Part shown: one piece after another, positions 40,599 through 51,074 of the stretch
Layout of the letters: each line of letters begins with the position of its first letter
Numbering within the stretch: position 1 is the stretch's first letter
Assembly: GCA_965237955.1 (NCBI GenBank)
Contig: OZ250169.1
Coordinates: 6,016,001-6,080,000, forward strand
DNA length: 64,000 bases
Source: Candidatus Marinacidobacterales bacterium
GTDB taxonomy: Bacteria > Acidobacteriota > Vicinamibacteria > Marinacidobacterales > SMYC01
Direction: 5' to 3'
The notes under the pieces: model-generated
Databases searched by the model: none
Told to the model about the DNA's origin: nothing
The model's input: only the letters and a program-made list of their open reading frames with translations
Position numbers and translations under genes: made by a program

Positions 40599-41405
40599 TT
40601 ACCAGAAGTACTTCACCGCTTCGAATCTGGGGGTAAAGAGCGCTCCCAACGTCCGACCCGACACGAAGAGATGGTGTCCGAAGTCTGCACCGGCGCCCCG
40701 TAGCTGCCGAACCAGCAACGCGAAGGACTCGAAATCTCCGATTCTCTCAACGTCGTCCCAAAGTACGAGCCATTCATCCGCGTGTAGAGATGAAAACGCT
40801 TTCGCGAAACCGACACGCGACCAACGTGCGGTTCCCTCCGGACCATCGACGACGAGTAGCTCGAACGGTTTTTCTCGCGCCGCCGCGGCCGCGTCGAGCG
40901 CGTACCACGAATAGCTCCCGATATTGCTGTCGTCCCGAGCCTCGAGGGGACAATGAACTACGGTGTGCGTCTCTGCGAGTCCTTGCTGTCGGACGCGCTC
41001 GACCCAGTCCTTGTTGTGCTCGAGGGTCACCACGTGAGCGCCGGTGTGACGGGCATAGGCGCCGAGCAGTTTCGTCGTCTCGCCTGCGCCGAACTCGAGT
41101 ACGCTCTGAAAACCGAACTGACCGAGCGCACGGCCGAGGACGTACAGAAACTTGTGATCCGCGGCACCGCCAGCGGGCAAGAGAGACCCCGGAATCCATT
41201 CGTACTCCACGCGGACGCGTCTCAACAGGTCCATCGCTTTGATGTCCTTCAATAGACGTTGGTCAGACGTCTCCGCGTAAAGCTCGATCCCGTCACGCCG
41301 GGCGAGCCAGTGGTAGCGCCAGCGGTCTCTAACGCCCACCCATTTGCGGTTCAGCCAATGGAGCGGGTAGAGCTTCGCCAGGGAACGTCTGGGACTGAAA
41401 GCCAT
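40599..41405 (-). CDS. class I SAM-dependent methyltransferase-like protein (glycan-associated type)
   Basis: VLEFGAGETT, TLEHNKDW, LVVDGPEG, LWDD motifs. Confidence 0.7.
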   Translation of the reverse strand: MAFSPRRSLAKLYPLHWLNRKWVGVRDRWRYHWLARRDGIELYAETSDQRLLKDIKAMDLLRRVRVEYEWIPGSLLPAGGAADHKFLYVLGRALGQFGFQSVLEFGAGETTKLLGAYARHTGAHVVTLEHNKDWVERVRQQGLAETHTVVHCPLEARDDSNIGSYSWYALDAAAAAREKPFELLVVDGPEGTARWSRVGFAKAFSSLHADEWLVLWDDVERIGDFESFALLVRQLRGAGADFGHHLFVSGRTLGALFTPRFEAVKYFW

Positions 41406-41564
41406 GTTCTTCGATCTTAACGCCACCGGTGATTATTGCTAGCAGATACTCGTAGAAACGGCCAACTCGCGGTGTTGCACGGTCATGTTCTCCGCGGGGC
41501 AATCCGGGTGTTCCCTCCACAAACTCGAACCTGCAATTTTCAAACCGCTCAGGACCGACGGAGC

Positions 41565-41700
41565 ACGCCGAGGGCCGCGGCCGTTTCACCGTACGATGGA
41601 GAACGACGAGCTGCTGTCGAAGGGCCAGGTTCTCGAGGTCTAACCCACGGCGGGTTTTGAATGCGGAGCGAAGCGAGCATAGAAACAACTAACCATGATG
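41565..41700 (-). pseudogene. integrase-core transposase N-terminal fragment
   Basis: FKTRRGLDLENLALRQQLVVLHRTVKRPR, typical start of rve-domain transposases. Confidence 0.65.
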
Positions 41701-41815
41701 GGATGCTGACGTCCACTCGCGAAAAAGATCAACAGCGCCGAGGACGGATGAATAAATGGAAGGCACAGGCGACAGCGGCCGCATCCCCGATGGCTTGCGG
41801 TAAATTTGGGTTGGT

Positions 41816-42817
41816 TTAGTACTCGCGCTCGGGATCTATTTGATTGAACAATGGTTTGCTGGACAAAAAGCACTCGATGTTGGCGAATAGCAGATCGAGC
41901 ACGTCCGGAATATAGCGCTCCGGGTCATCGGACGACACATGCGGCGTAAGGATCAAATTGGGAACGTCCCATAAGAAGGAGTCCGGTGGCAATGGCTCGG
42001 GATCGAACACGTCCAATATGGCGCCGCTGAGCTCGCCTTGAACGAGCTTGTCGGCGAGCGCACGGTAATCGACGACTTCGGCCCTGGCCATATTGATGAG
42101 ACCCGCGCTGGGCTTCATCAAGCCGAGACGATTTTTGTCGATCAAGCCCAGCGTCGCAGACGTCAGCGGCACCGAGACGAGCACGAAGTCAGCGTCGCGC
42201 AGAGCCTCATCCAGGCCGTCCGGCTTGAACATATCGTCGACGGCCGGGTGCGGCCGGCCACTGTTCCTAACCCCGATGACACGTAGACCGAGTTGCTTGG
42301 CGCGAACAGCGGCCGCGCCGCCCATGTGGCCAACGCCGATGACGACAAGAGTCTTGCCGGACAGCGGCGTGGTAAATTTCTGGTGCCACTCCCTACGGGC
42401 CTGGCATTCGATGTAATGCGGCATGCAGTTGTTCAGCATACTGATCGCCATCGCGGCGTATTCGCCAGCCTTTTCGGCATGCACGCCACTGCTGGTCGAA
42501 ATGATGACGCCACGGGGAAGCCAGTCGAGCGGCGTTAGATGGTCAATTCCCGCGCCGGTGACCTGTATCCATTTGAGGTGCGGCGCCCGTGATGAGAGGT
42601 CGCCCGTTGGAATGCGAAATCCGACAAGAACCTCGGCCGTCTCCATCGCATGATCGAACTCTTCGGTGTCATAACCGATGCTGGGATTGATGCGGCTTGC
42701 CAAATCCGGATGCCGCCGGCACGCTTCATCCAGGATTTCGGCGGTGACATGGTACACGGTCGGGCTGGCGCGGCGGTTCTCGAAATGAACGCGTATTTGT
42801 CGATTCTCGTTGAACAT
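41816..42817 (-). CDS. D-2-hydroxyacid dehydrogenase family protein
   Basis: WIQVTGAGID, VIGVGHMG, VPLTSAT, INMARAEVV, LDVFDPEPL, ILTPHVS. Confidence 0.92.
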   Translation of the reverse strand: MFNENRQIRVHFENRRASPTVYHVTAEILDEACRRHPDLASRINPSIGYDTEEFDHAMETAEVLVGFRIPTGDLSSRAPHLKWIQVTGAGIDHLTPLDWLPRGVIISTSSGVHAEKAGEYAAMAISMLNNCMPHYIECQARREWHQKFTTPLSGKTLVVIGVGHMGGAAAVRAKQLGLRVIGVRNSGRPHPAVDDMFKPDGLDEALRDADFVLVSVPLTSATLGLIDKNRLGLMKPSAGLINMARAEVVDYRALADKLVQGELSGAILDVFDPEPLPPDSFLWDVPNLILTPHVSSDDPERYIPDVLDLLFANIECFLSSKPLFNQIDPEREY

Positions 42818-42991
42818 CTTGTCGGCTGGATTATCCGCCCACTGGCGATCCCAGTCTTCTCCAAATTCACGCTCATGCCATTTCAGAAAACAAGACACGC
42901 GGCGTCGTGCGGACCGATCGAGCCTGTTCCGCGGTCATCGAGCAACCACTAAGTCACCTCTGATCCCGCTTGCACCGGCATGAACATCGAT

Positions 42992-44131
42992 TCATGCCTC
43001 TCCATCCAGCACCTGATCAAGAATCCAATTGTCGATCGTATGTACGCCCCTTTCCGCCGTGCCGATACGTCCGGTTACATTGAACGGGGAAATCAAACCC
43101 TGCTGTTGAAGTTCGCAAACTTCGTTATCTTCGGGATGAGAAGTGTCCCAGCGTTCGTAGTATTTCTCGACGACGTCAGCAAATTCCGCCCGCTCGACCG
43201 TCGATATCGGAAAACAAGAGCCCACGATCACCTTGGTTCGTGTCGGACCCTGAGGTTGGCATTCCATCCACCACATGCAATCGCGTGTGCACCCGAAGAA
43301 CGTGTGAGGATACACAAGAACGAAATAGGTACCTTCGGCAGCTCTGCCGGTCAGAGACGGTATCGGAGGCAAGCTTGCTGTCTCGCCGCGTAACACCGCT
43401 TCCGTGCTCCCTCGCTCGAGGAACGCTCCAGACCAATTGCCGGAGGTCGTGAGCTGAACGCTGACCTGGGAGCCCAATGAGGTGCGGTGTACGGTGGACA
43501 CATGATATGCTTCCCGCTGATTCTCGATATAGACCTTCCAATTGCATGCAACGTCGTAAATCTTTCGGCGAGTACAGATCATTTCCGAGAAGTTATAAGA
43601 ACCAAGAATTTCAGGAAGGTCCCCGAGATAGTCGATGAGACTTTTGTCGTTTTGACTGAAATTTATAAATAGAAAGCCTTCCCAAGTTGCCAATCTGAAT
43701 TGCGTCAATCCATAGTCCGCCAAGTCGAAGTTCTGTGTTTCCTCCATGCCTGCAGCAGCACGCAGTGTGCCGTCCAGTGAATAAGTCCAACTATGATACG
43801 GGCAGCTGATTGCCCTGCAATTTCCCTCGGAGGATAAGAGTCGCGTCCCGCGGTGACGGCACGCGTTGGAGAATGCGCGAATTACACCGTCGTCGCCGTG
43901 TATCAGGATCACTGGCACACCGACCAGGTCGACCGTGAGATAATCGCCAGGTTTGGGAATTAAATCCGCCCGCCCAACGAAATTCCAGGTCCGCATGAAG
44001 ATCCGATCAACTTCTCGCTCGTAGAACTCCGGCGAGGTATAGCACCAAGCTGGTAACTGCTCGGCTTCCATGACGGGCCGTCGGACTTTTTCATAAAGCG
44101 CGGGATCGAGTATGTTCGTCTCGAACGGCAT
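42992..44131 (-). CDS. Rieske ring-hydroxylating oxygenase alpha subunit (choline monooxygenase-like)
   Basis: NACRHRG..CPYHSW Rieske ligands; NWK..EN..EAYHVSTVH and ED..C mononuclear iron ligands. Confidence 0.92.
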   Translation of the reverse strand: MPFETNILDPALYEKVRRPVMEAEQLPAWCYTSPEFYEREVDRIFMRTWNFVGRADLIPKPGDYLTVDLVGVPVILIHGDDGVIRAFSNACRHRGTRLLSSEGNCRAISCPYHSWTYSLDGTLRAAAGMEETQNFDLADYGLTQFRLATWEGFLFINFSQNDKSLIDYLGDLPEILGSYNFSEMICTRRKIYDVACNWKVYIENQREAYHVSTVHRTSLGSQVSVQLTTSGNWSGAFLERGSTEAVLRGETASLPPIPSLTGRAAEGTYFVLVYPHTFFGCTRDCMWWMECQPQGPTRTKVIVGSCFPISTVERAEFADVVEKYYERWDTSHPEDNEVCELQQQGLISPFNVTGRIGTAERGVHTIDNWILDQVLDGEA

Positions 44132-44489
44132 ACTGAGAACTCCTCCTCCCGGGTCGCGGACTGCATCGTGGCATGGGCATCCCGTCGATGCAAATCCGAA
44201 CTATCTGGAGTGACACGACGTGACGTCTGGCAAAGCGCGAAGCGATTTCTTGTGCCGCTGGAATTTGGTGCATATTCGGCGTACGGCAAATTCGCTGGAC
44301 ACGACCATCTTGCCGGAGTAGCGTTACTCGACATCAAAATGCCGCCTCGGTCTCTTTGCGAGGGCAGCGTGGTCACATTCGGAATTCGACGCGTTGGGTG
44401 CCGGCGCACTAGACAACGAAATCGGACGATGAGGACCGACCAGGCAAAGACAAAGGCATAGGTAGACACCGCACCGGGAGGAAACGAAA

Positions 44490-45608
44490 ATGAAATTGAG
44501 TAGATTTCGCAATCGGCGGATGGCAGCGCTCAAGCTTGGTACACTCGCCCTTGTCGTTATTGTTGGCCTTTCCGCTTGCGCCAAGTTTTCTGTCGCGGCT
44601 GAAAAGGTCACTCTCGGCTTTCCGCACACCGTCGGCATAACCTCCACGACGATGCATCTGGTTTTATCCAAGGAACTGGGGTACTACGCGGCCGAAGGGC
44701 TGGACGTCGAGTTCCTCTACTTCAACGGATCTTCGATCACTGCGCCCCAAGTAGCCACCAAGAAAGTCGACATCGCTTGGGGTGGAGCATCGTTATTGAT
44801 AAAAGCTCGGCAGAAGGGCCGCGATTATTTACCGATCAAATTCTTCTACAACTGGCTGCGGTCATCGGTTTGGGAATTCGCCGTGCTCGCGGACGGCCCG
44901 ATCCGGTCGCTGCAGGATCTCAAGGGGAAGAAACTCGGAATAAGTAATCGCGGTGCGGCGAACATCCCTCAAACCAAGGCTGCGCTCAGGAGCGCCGGCC
45001 TTGAACCTGGCACTGATGTGGGACTGGTACCGGTTGGGTATGGTGCTCCGGCATTTCGTGCACTAACGACGGGTGCAGTACAGGCATTGAATTTGTTTGA
45101 AGGTATGCACGTTATACTAGAGACCCGTGGTACCAAGCTGCGACGCCTTGCTTACGACGAAAAGTTCAGTAAGATGTTCAGTGACGGCTTTTACACGCAT
45201 GACGACACGATCAAGAACCGGGGCGCAATGTTGGCGAAGTTCGGGCGGGCTGTAACCAAAGGGATCATCGCCTGCGAGGCCAATCGTGAAGCGTGCACCA
45301 GGGCAATGTGGAAACATATTCCGATCAGGAAACCGGTAAAGGGCCCCGAGGCCAAACACTTGGCCAATTCAGCAAAGGTGTCGAAGGCTCGGTATGAAAG
45401 GATTCTTGCCTTCGAGCCTGGAACACCAAGAAAATTCGGGGAGTACCCAGCCGGAAGTTGGCGGCAGTTTGTTGATGTACTTTACGCCGAAGGTGAGTTA
45501 AATACTCGAGATATCCCGATCGACACGCTTTTCACAAACGAGTTTGTCGCTGACTTCAATAAATTTGACGCCGTCGCCGTGCGTCGCCAGGCACGGGCCG
45601 CGAACTGA
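44490..45608 (+). CDS. NitT/TauT-family ABC substrate-binding protein
   Basis: Signal peptide; ELGYYAAEGLDVE, DLKGKKLG, FTNEFV. Confidence 0.88.
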   Translation: MKLSRFRNRRMAALKLGTLALVVIVGLSACAKFSVAAEKVTLGFPHTVGITSTTMHLVLSKELGYYAAEGLDVEFLYFNGSSITAPQVATKKVDIAWGGASLLIKARQKGRDYLPIKFFYNWLRSSVWEFAVLADGPIRSLQDLKGKKLGISNRGAANIPQTKAALRSAGLEPGTDVGLVPVGYGAPAFRALTTGAVQALNLFEGMHVILETRGTKLRRLAYDEKFSKMFSDGFYTHDDTIKNRGAMLAKFGRAVTKGIIACEANREACTRAMWKHIPIRKPVKGPEAKHLANSAKVSKARYERILAFEPGTPRKFGEYPAGSWRQFVDVLYAEGELNTRDIPIDTLFTNEFVADFNKFDAVAVRRQARAAN

Positions 45609-45672
45609 AGGTCTGCACCTTTGCGGAGCGCAGGGGAGAGACTCTTCTCCTCTGCGTTCTCGTAGATTGATA

Positions 45673-46482
45673 GTGAACAGCGAACGTCCAAGCGAGGGGC
45701 CTGTCCTCATTGCGAAAAGACTCTCCGTCGTTTACGCGACGAAGCGCGAGCCCATCACCGCCCTGAAGGATTTGTCGCTCGAGGTCGATATCGGTGAGTT
45801 CGTCTCAGTGATTGGCCCTTCGGGATGCGGAAAGTCAACGCTTGCCAAGGTTGCTTCAGGGCTTTTGCCGCCGAGCGGTGGAGAGGTATTGTTGGCAGGA
45901 ACGCCGGTGACGGCTCCTCGCCGGGACGTTGGCGTCGTGTTCCAGAATCCTTGTCTGCTGCCATGGAAAACTGTGCTCAGCAACGTAATGGTTCCGGCAC
46001 GCGCTCTCAATTTAGATCCGGTTGCGTCCCGAGAGCGAGCCTTTGAGCTCCTGCGCCTGGTGGGGCTCGAGGGATTTGCAGACAATTATCCGAATGAATT
46101 GTCCGGCGGCATGCAGCAACGAGTCGGCTTAGCGCGTGGATTGCTCCATGATCCCTCGGTATTGCTGATGGATGAGCCATTGGCCGCGCTGGATGCCCTC
46201 ACGCGCGAGCACATGTCAGCCGAGCTCCAGCGAATCTGGATGGCCACCCGCAAGTCCGTCATTTTCATAACGCACAGCATTCCTGAAGCCGTGTTCCTCT
46301 CGGATCGTGTCGTGGTGCTTTCAAATCGTCCCGGCCGCGTCATAGATGACGTGCCTGTCAATCTGCCGCGTCCTCGAGACCTGGACACAATGGCTACACC
46401 AAGCTTCGTTGAAATTTGCAATCTACTTCGAAAAAAATTCGACCAAATGGACGCACCCACCAGAACGGATGGTACAAAATGA
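45673..46482 (+). CDS. NitT/TauT-family ABC ATP-binding protein
   Basis: GPSGCGKST, LSGGMQQR, LLMDEP, ITHSIPEA. Confidence 0.93.
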   Translation: MNSERPSEGPVLIAKRLSVVYATKREPITALKDLSLEVDIGEFVSVIGPSGCGKSTLAKVASGLLPPSGGEVLLAGTPVTAPRRDVGVVFQNPCLLPWKTVLSNVMVPARALNLDPVASRERAFELLRLVGLEGFADNYPNELSGGMQQRVGLARGLLHDPSVLLMDEPLAALDALTREHMSAELQRIWMATRKSVIFITHSIPEAVFLSDRVVVLSNRPGRVIDDVPVNLPRPRDLDTMATPSFVEICNLLRKKFDQMDAPTRTDGTK

Positions 46483-47270
46483 GAGAGAAAGTAACCCTCG
46501 TCTTGTGCCCGCTGATCACGCTTGTCGTCGTCATATTTCTCTGGTCCGTTTACCTCGAAATTTCCGAAGTTCCAAACTACATTCTTCCAGATCCTTACTC
46601 GGTGTTCTCGACATTCATTGCTGCTTATTCGCAAGGTCATATCTGGCCGCATCTCTTCTTTACGTTCAAATCAACCGCGCTTGGATATTTCGTCGGCTGT
46701 GGGCTTGGGCTAACCCTCGGCAGTTTGCTTGCCGAATCCAGGACGTTCGAGAAGTTCATGTACATTTATGTGGTCATCTTGCAGTCCATGCCGAAGGTCG
46801 CCTTGGCGCCTCTGATCATTGTGTGGTTCGGGTTTGGTATCGAATCAAAAATCGTTATGGTCGCGCTGCTTTGTTTTTTTCCCGTGTTCATCAACGCGTT
46901 CGTCGGCATTCGCCAGGCAGATCCCGACCTCATCGATGTATTGCGTGTTTTTTCCGCTTCGAGATCTCTTATCTTCTTCCACGTGAAACTGCCGGCGGCT
47001 TCGGGGAGCATATTCGCCGGTTTACAGATCGCTGTCGCGCTGGGCCTGATTGGTGCCGTCGTGGCCGAATTCATAGCATCCCAGCACGGGCTGGGCACCG
47101 TCATTCAATCAGCTGCTCTCGAACTCGATACCAGCTTGATGTTGACTGGTGTTTTCTCGCTTGCGTTGATGGGGGTTGCCGGAAATCTTTTAGTGAGAAT
47201 TTGTCATCGTAAGGTTGTATTTTGGGAGGAAGGTCGCTCGCAGATAAAGACGAATTTGGAAGTTGCGTGA
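46479..47270 (+). CDS. NitT/TauT-family ABC permease
   Basis: PKVALAPLIIVWFGFG, LPAA..IFAGL, GAVVAEF; ATGA overlap. Confidence 0.92.
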   Translation: MREKVTLVLCPLITLVVVIFLWSVYLEISEVPNYILPDPYSVFSTFIAAYSQGHIWPHLFFTFKSTALGYFVGCGLGLTLGSLLAESRTFEKFMYIYVVILQSMPKVALAPLIIVWFGFGIESKIVMVALLCFFPVFINAFVGIRQADPDLIDVLRVFSASRSLIFFHVKLPAASGSIFAGLQIAVALGLIGAVVAEFIASQHGLGTVIQSAALELDTSLMLTGVFSLALMGVAGNLLVRICHRKVVFWEEGRSQIKTNLEVA

Positions 47271-47483
47271 GCTAAGCTTGGCGAGGAATATGGCTCCTCG
47301 ACGTTCCAAGTGGAATTTGGTCCGGAATCCACTCGAGAGGTCGAAGAAGCACGAACTTTCGCGACACTATTAGCTGCTGTATTGCTCGTCGCTTTGAAAT
47401 CTAAATTGCTAACGCTCAGTGTCTGTTCCGATGTTTTCTGGTGGCATGGCTCGAAACGACGAGTCGATCAAACACAAACGGCC

Positions 47484-47835
47484 TTATGGATCTTGCCATA
47501 AACTCCCGTTTTCGTGGAAGTATCCAATTGCTTTGGCAATCTCGTGAAACTCTCGCGGTGAAAGCCGTTCCACCAATTCAGCGAAATACATTGGTTGATT
47601 CTCGATTAGCAGCCGGACTTCCCCTGCCAAAGCATCTGTGCCCGTCACTTGCCGTGGGGCGACTTGGGTATCGCTTGTTTTCCCGAGATAGTCCTCTAGA
47701 TGCACTTCCGTCGCGCCAACGTAAGCGATGCGTTCGAACCACTCGCGCGGAGCTGCGTCTGGGATCGTTGCGTCGATTCCCATCTTCGCCGTGGTCGGCA
47801 CGCCAGCGTACGGCAAAGACGATAAACTGGGGATC
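47484..47835 (-). pseudogene. UbiD-family decarboxylase C-terminal remnant
   Basis: LPYAGVPTTAKMGIDAT motif; 5' part replaced by an IS1380 end. Confidence 0.6.
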
Positions 47836-47849
47836 GTGGGGCTTGGCCC

Positions 47850-47999
47850 GGAGCCGTGGAACTCCAGCTTCAGGCGGCGGTCGAAATCCAGCCGAAATGG
47901 CTCGCATTTGGAATCACCCGCCGGGTGACGCCGGTTACCCGCCGAGCTATTTTGAGTCAAGCTCAATTGTGTCGGAGGGACTCCTATGGGGAATCCCGG
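47850..47999 (-). mobile_element. IS1380-family left-end fragment
   Basis: CCGGGATTCCCCATAG end, then H.AGDSKCEPFRLDFDRRLKLEFHGS typical of the IS1380 transposase N-terminus; start codon absent. Confidence 0.65.
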
Positions 48000-48015
48000 A
48001 TTAGGAGAGGGTGCG

Positions 48016-48648
48016 ATGGCGGATCATCTGGACGGCCTATCCGGCGACATCGTCGAGGATACCGTGATCGCCGCGCGGGGCTCGTGGACCCGTCGCATCG
48101 AGCGTGGCGAGACGCTACGGATCATCGATCTCGAGGGCTGCCAAGCGGTCGATTTCCTGTGCTACAACGCCGACGACCACGACGATCGCTACGCCGCCGC
48201 CGACACCATGAAGATCAACGAGACGGGGATCTTCCTCACTGCCGGCACGGTGCTCTACAGCGTGCGCCTGACGCCGCTGTTCACCATCACCGCCGATACC
48301 TGCGGTAAGCACGACACCATCGGCGGCTGCTGCTCGGCCGAGCTCAACGCCTTCCGTTACGGCGTCGTGGATGAGCCCAACTGCCGTGACAACTTTCTCA
48401 CCGAGCTCGAAAAGTACGGCATGGGCAACAACAACATGGCGGCCAACATCAACTTCTTCATGTTCGTGCCGGTCGGCGTCGACGGCGAGATGGACATGGG
48501 ACCCAGCATCTCGAAACCCGGCGACTACGTCGATCTCAGGGCGGAAACCGATGTGCTGGCGGTGATCTCCAACTGCCCGCAGATCAACAATCCGGTCAAC
48601 GACTACAACCCGACGCCGGTCCGGGTCGTCGTGTCGGGCGGGTCATGA
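48016..48648 (+). CDS. DUF1989 / urea carboxylase-associated family protein
   Basis: LRIIDLEGCQAVD, HDTIGGCCS, CRDNF, NINFFMFVP, SKPGDYVDLRAE, SNCPQINNP. Confidence 0.9.
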   Translation: MADHLDGLSGDIVEDTVIAARGSWTRRIERGETLRIIDLEGCQAVDFLCYNADDHDDRYAAADTMKINETGIFLTAGTVLYSVRLTPLFTITADTCGKHDTIGGCCSAELNAFRYGVVDEPNCRDNFLTELEKYGMGNNNMAANINFFMFVPVGVDGEMDMGPSISKPGDYVDLRAETDVLAVISNCPQINNPVNDYNPTPVRVVVSGGS

Positions 48649-48862
48649 TCGGGGGCCGTGACCGGGTCGCCGCAGCAATTGGTTGACAATCGGTCTGGAT
48701 CTGAAATTCTGAGACACTAGTGTCGAAGAAATTCGGCCTCATATCATCAAGACCCAGGGCACGACGTCGCGGATGAAGCCCTGCGTTCCAGAATACGCAT
48801 GTTCGCTTGGGCGGGCCGAGCTGGAATTCCCGATTTGATCATCGAGGGAATGACGCTTTAAT

Positions 48863-48909
48863 TGGTCGGGGCGGCAGGATTTGAACCTGCGACCCCCTGA
48901 TCCCGAACC
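48863..48909 (-). repeat. att-like duplication of the tRNA-Pro(CGG) 3' end
   Basis: 47 bp identical to 55257-55303 except one mismatch (TTTGAA vs TTCGAA); stops at the anticodon arm. Confidence 0.9.
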
Positions 48910-48981
48910 GGCCTGCTGGGCCTACATCCGTGCGAATCCACGTCGCCATTGACACTACCAACAATCCGGGGCGGAGCGCTC

Positions 48982-49536
48982 TCAGTTCTCGGGAGAGCGC
49001 TCGGGTTCGCCCGCGTCCTGATCCGACGTAAGAAACTCAGCGGTTTCCTCCGCCGAAACGCCGACTGGACCCGTCACCAAAACCGGCGAAGCCTCGATCT
49101 CCTGAGCGTGCATCATCTCAGCGACCCTCTGGAGCGTGGAAAGGATGAGCGTTTGCTCCCAGTCTTCGAGCCCCTCGAGTGCGTTGGCGAACCGCTCCTG
49201 CAGTAGCGGCGGAGCCACCTGGATCGCGGTTCGACCGACATCGGTGAGCTCGTTGATGACCCGCCGCTTGTCCTCGGTGCTGCGCCGCCTTTCGATGAAT
49301 TTCTTCTTGCCGAGCCGCTCCAGAATGTCGGAGAGCGTCGCTTGTCCGAGCGAGACCCCATCGGCGAGCTGACCCGTCGTTTGCGGCCCACGCTTTTCCA
49401 AGGACTGCAGGACCACGAGCTGGGGCCCGGTCAAACCGTAGTGTTGCGCCAGATACTTCGAATGTAAATCCACGGCCCGGATGATGCGCCTGAGGGCGGA
49501 GACAATCTCACCCAGGGTATCGAAGTCCTTCGTCAC
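48982..49536 (-). CDS. MarR-family regulator (EctR/CosR-like)
   Basis: ALRRIIRAVDLHSKYL..YGLTGPQL, RSTEDKRR, APPLLQERF, LQRVAEMM..EASP; pattern typical of osmolyte-operon MarR proteins. Confidence 0.88.
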   Translation of the reverse strand: MTKDFDTLGEIVSALRRIIRAVDLHSKYLAQHYGLTGPQLVVLQSLEKRGPQTTGQLADGVSLGQATLSDILERLGKKKFIERRRSTEDKRRVINELTDVGRTAIQVAPPLLQERFANALEGLEDWEQTLILSTLQRVAEMMHAQEIEASPVLVTGPVGVSAEETAEFLTSDQDAGEPERSPEN

Positions 49537-49580
49537 GATGTAGTCGCCTCCAACGACTCACCCCATGGTACTTTCCGGGC

Positions 49581-51074
49581 CTACAATCGGCTACTCGGAT
49601 CCGCCCAGCGCCGTACTAGGCTCTCTAGCAAGCGCGGGTTCGAGAACTGGCGCACGAAGATGTCCTTGTAGACCTGCTCCTCCCGGCTGCGTGCCGGAGA
49701 TGCGGGCTCCTCCTCCCCGACGAGCACGTCCGAGATCACGCGCATCCTTTGGGCGACACCGCTTCCCTCGTCAAACTGAGCTTTTTCGCGCCACAGTATC
49801 TCCGCGGGCACCAGATCTTCGCACGCTTTTCTCAGGATCCACTTTTCCGTTGCGGAAGGGCCCGGCGCCGGGTAGAGCTTGAGCTCGGGAGGGATGCGGA
49901 AGGCTAGGTCGATCATGGAAAGATCGAGAAACGGGACGCGCCCCTCGACCGAGTGCGCCATGGTCATGCGATCGACGCGCTGAAGATTGACGTCATGCTT
50001 GGCTCCCACGGAACGACGAAGCTCGTCCTGCAGCGTCGTCGCTCGATTGGCGTAGTCCTTGTAGTACGCATAGCCCGCGAAGAGCTCGTCGGCACCCTCT
50101 CCGGTCAGGACGACCTTCACGTGATCGGACGCGAGGCGCGCGGTGAAATAACAGGGAATGGCGGAGCGCACCAGGTCGACGTCGAAAGACTCCATGTGGT
50201 AGAGGATATCGGGAAGCTTCTCGACGATCTCGTTTTCGTCCAGGACGTACTCGTGGTGGATGGTGCCGAGTACGCGCGAAACAAATCGTGCAGCTTCGAG
50301 ATCATCGCTTCCCTCGAAGCCAACGGTGAACGTGTGAAGCTCGGAGACGTGCCGTCGCGCGATGGCGGTGATGATGGCGCTGTCGAGACCTCCAGAAAGA
50401 AAAGCCCCCACCGGAACATCGCTCATCAAACGTTTGTGAACAGCGTCTTCGATCGCAGTTCGCACCGCCAACGCCACCGTGCTCGCGTCGGCCGAGGCGT
50501 GCAGCGTCGACGCGGGATCAGGCAGAGCGAAGTACTGGTGAACGCCGGTCCGCGAATGAAACCAGGTGCCCGGCGGAAACTCGCGCGCTTGTCGGATACC
50601 TTTAGGAAAAGCCTTGAGCTCGGAAGCGAACAGAAGCCGTCCGTCATCCTCGGCCACGTAGAGAGGCTTGATGCCCACCGGATCGCGCGCCGCGTAGACG
50701 TCCTCGCCGTCGGCAATCACGAAAGCGAACATTCCATCGAGGTGGTTAGGAAGCTCGACTCCGTCCACGTCGTAAAGATGGAGAGCCGCCTCGGTGTCGC
50801 TTCCGGTGTTGAAGCAGTAGCGCCCCCTCAAACTGCGGCGGATTTCCGGGAAGTCGTAGATTTCACCGTTGCCGACGATGGCTCTTCCCTGGTCCGCTCG
50901 GATCGGTTGATCACCGCCCGCGGGATCCATGATGGCGAGGCGACAATGCCCGAGCGTGCCGTGCTCGCTCTCGAGCTTGCCGGAGGTATCCGGGCCCCGG
51001 TGCGCGAGACGCGCGAGCATGCGATCAACGAACTCGGGCTCGGGAGCTCCCCAGACGGAGGCGACGCCGCACAT
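49581..51074 (-). CDS. asparagine synthase-like glutamine amidotransferase
   Basis: N-terminal MCG (Ntn Cys), HRGPD, NGEIY, LSGGLDS PP-loop, TGEGADELFAGY, EGRVPFLD. Confidence 0.92.
   Translation of the reverse strand: MCGVASVWGAPEPEFVDRMLARLAHRGPDTSGKLESEHGTLGHCRLAIMDPAGGDQPIRADQGRAIVGNGEIYDFPEIRRSLRGRYCFNTGSDTEAALHLYDVDGVELPNHLDGMFAFVIADGEDVYAARDPVGIKPLYVAEDDGRLLFASELKAFPKGIRQAREFPPGTWFHSRTGVHQYFALPDPASTLHASADASTVALAVRTAIEDAVHKRLMSDVPVGAFLSGGLDSAIITAIARRHVSELHTFTVGFEGSDDLEAARFVSRVLGTIHHEYVLDENEIVEKLPDILYHMESFDVDLVRSAIPCYFTARLASDHVKVVLTGEGADELFAGYAYYKDYANRATTLQDELRRSVGAKHDVNLQRVDRMTMAHSVEGRVPFLDLSMIDLAFRIPPELKLYPAPGPSATEKWILRKACEDLVPAEILWREKAQFDEGSGVAQRMRVISDVLVGEEEPASPARSREEQVYKDIFVRQFSNPRLLESLVRRWADPSSRL

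Noticed and set aside
48863-48909. Additional tRNA-Pro gene
   Set aside because: Only the 3' half is present (no D-arm or 5' acceptor strand); treated as an att site
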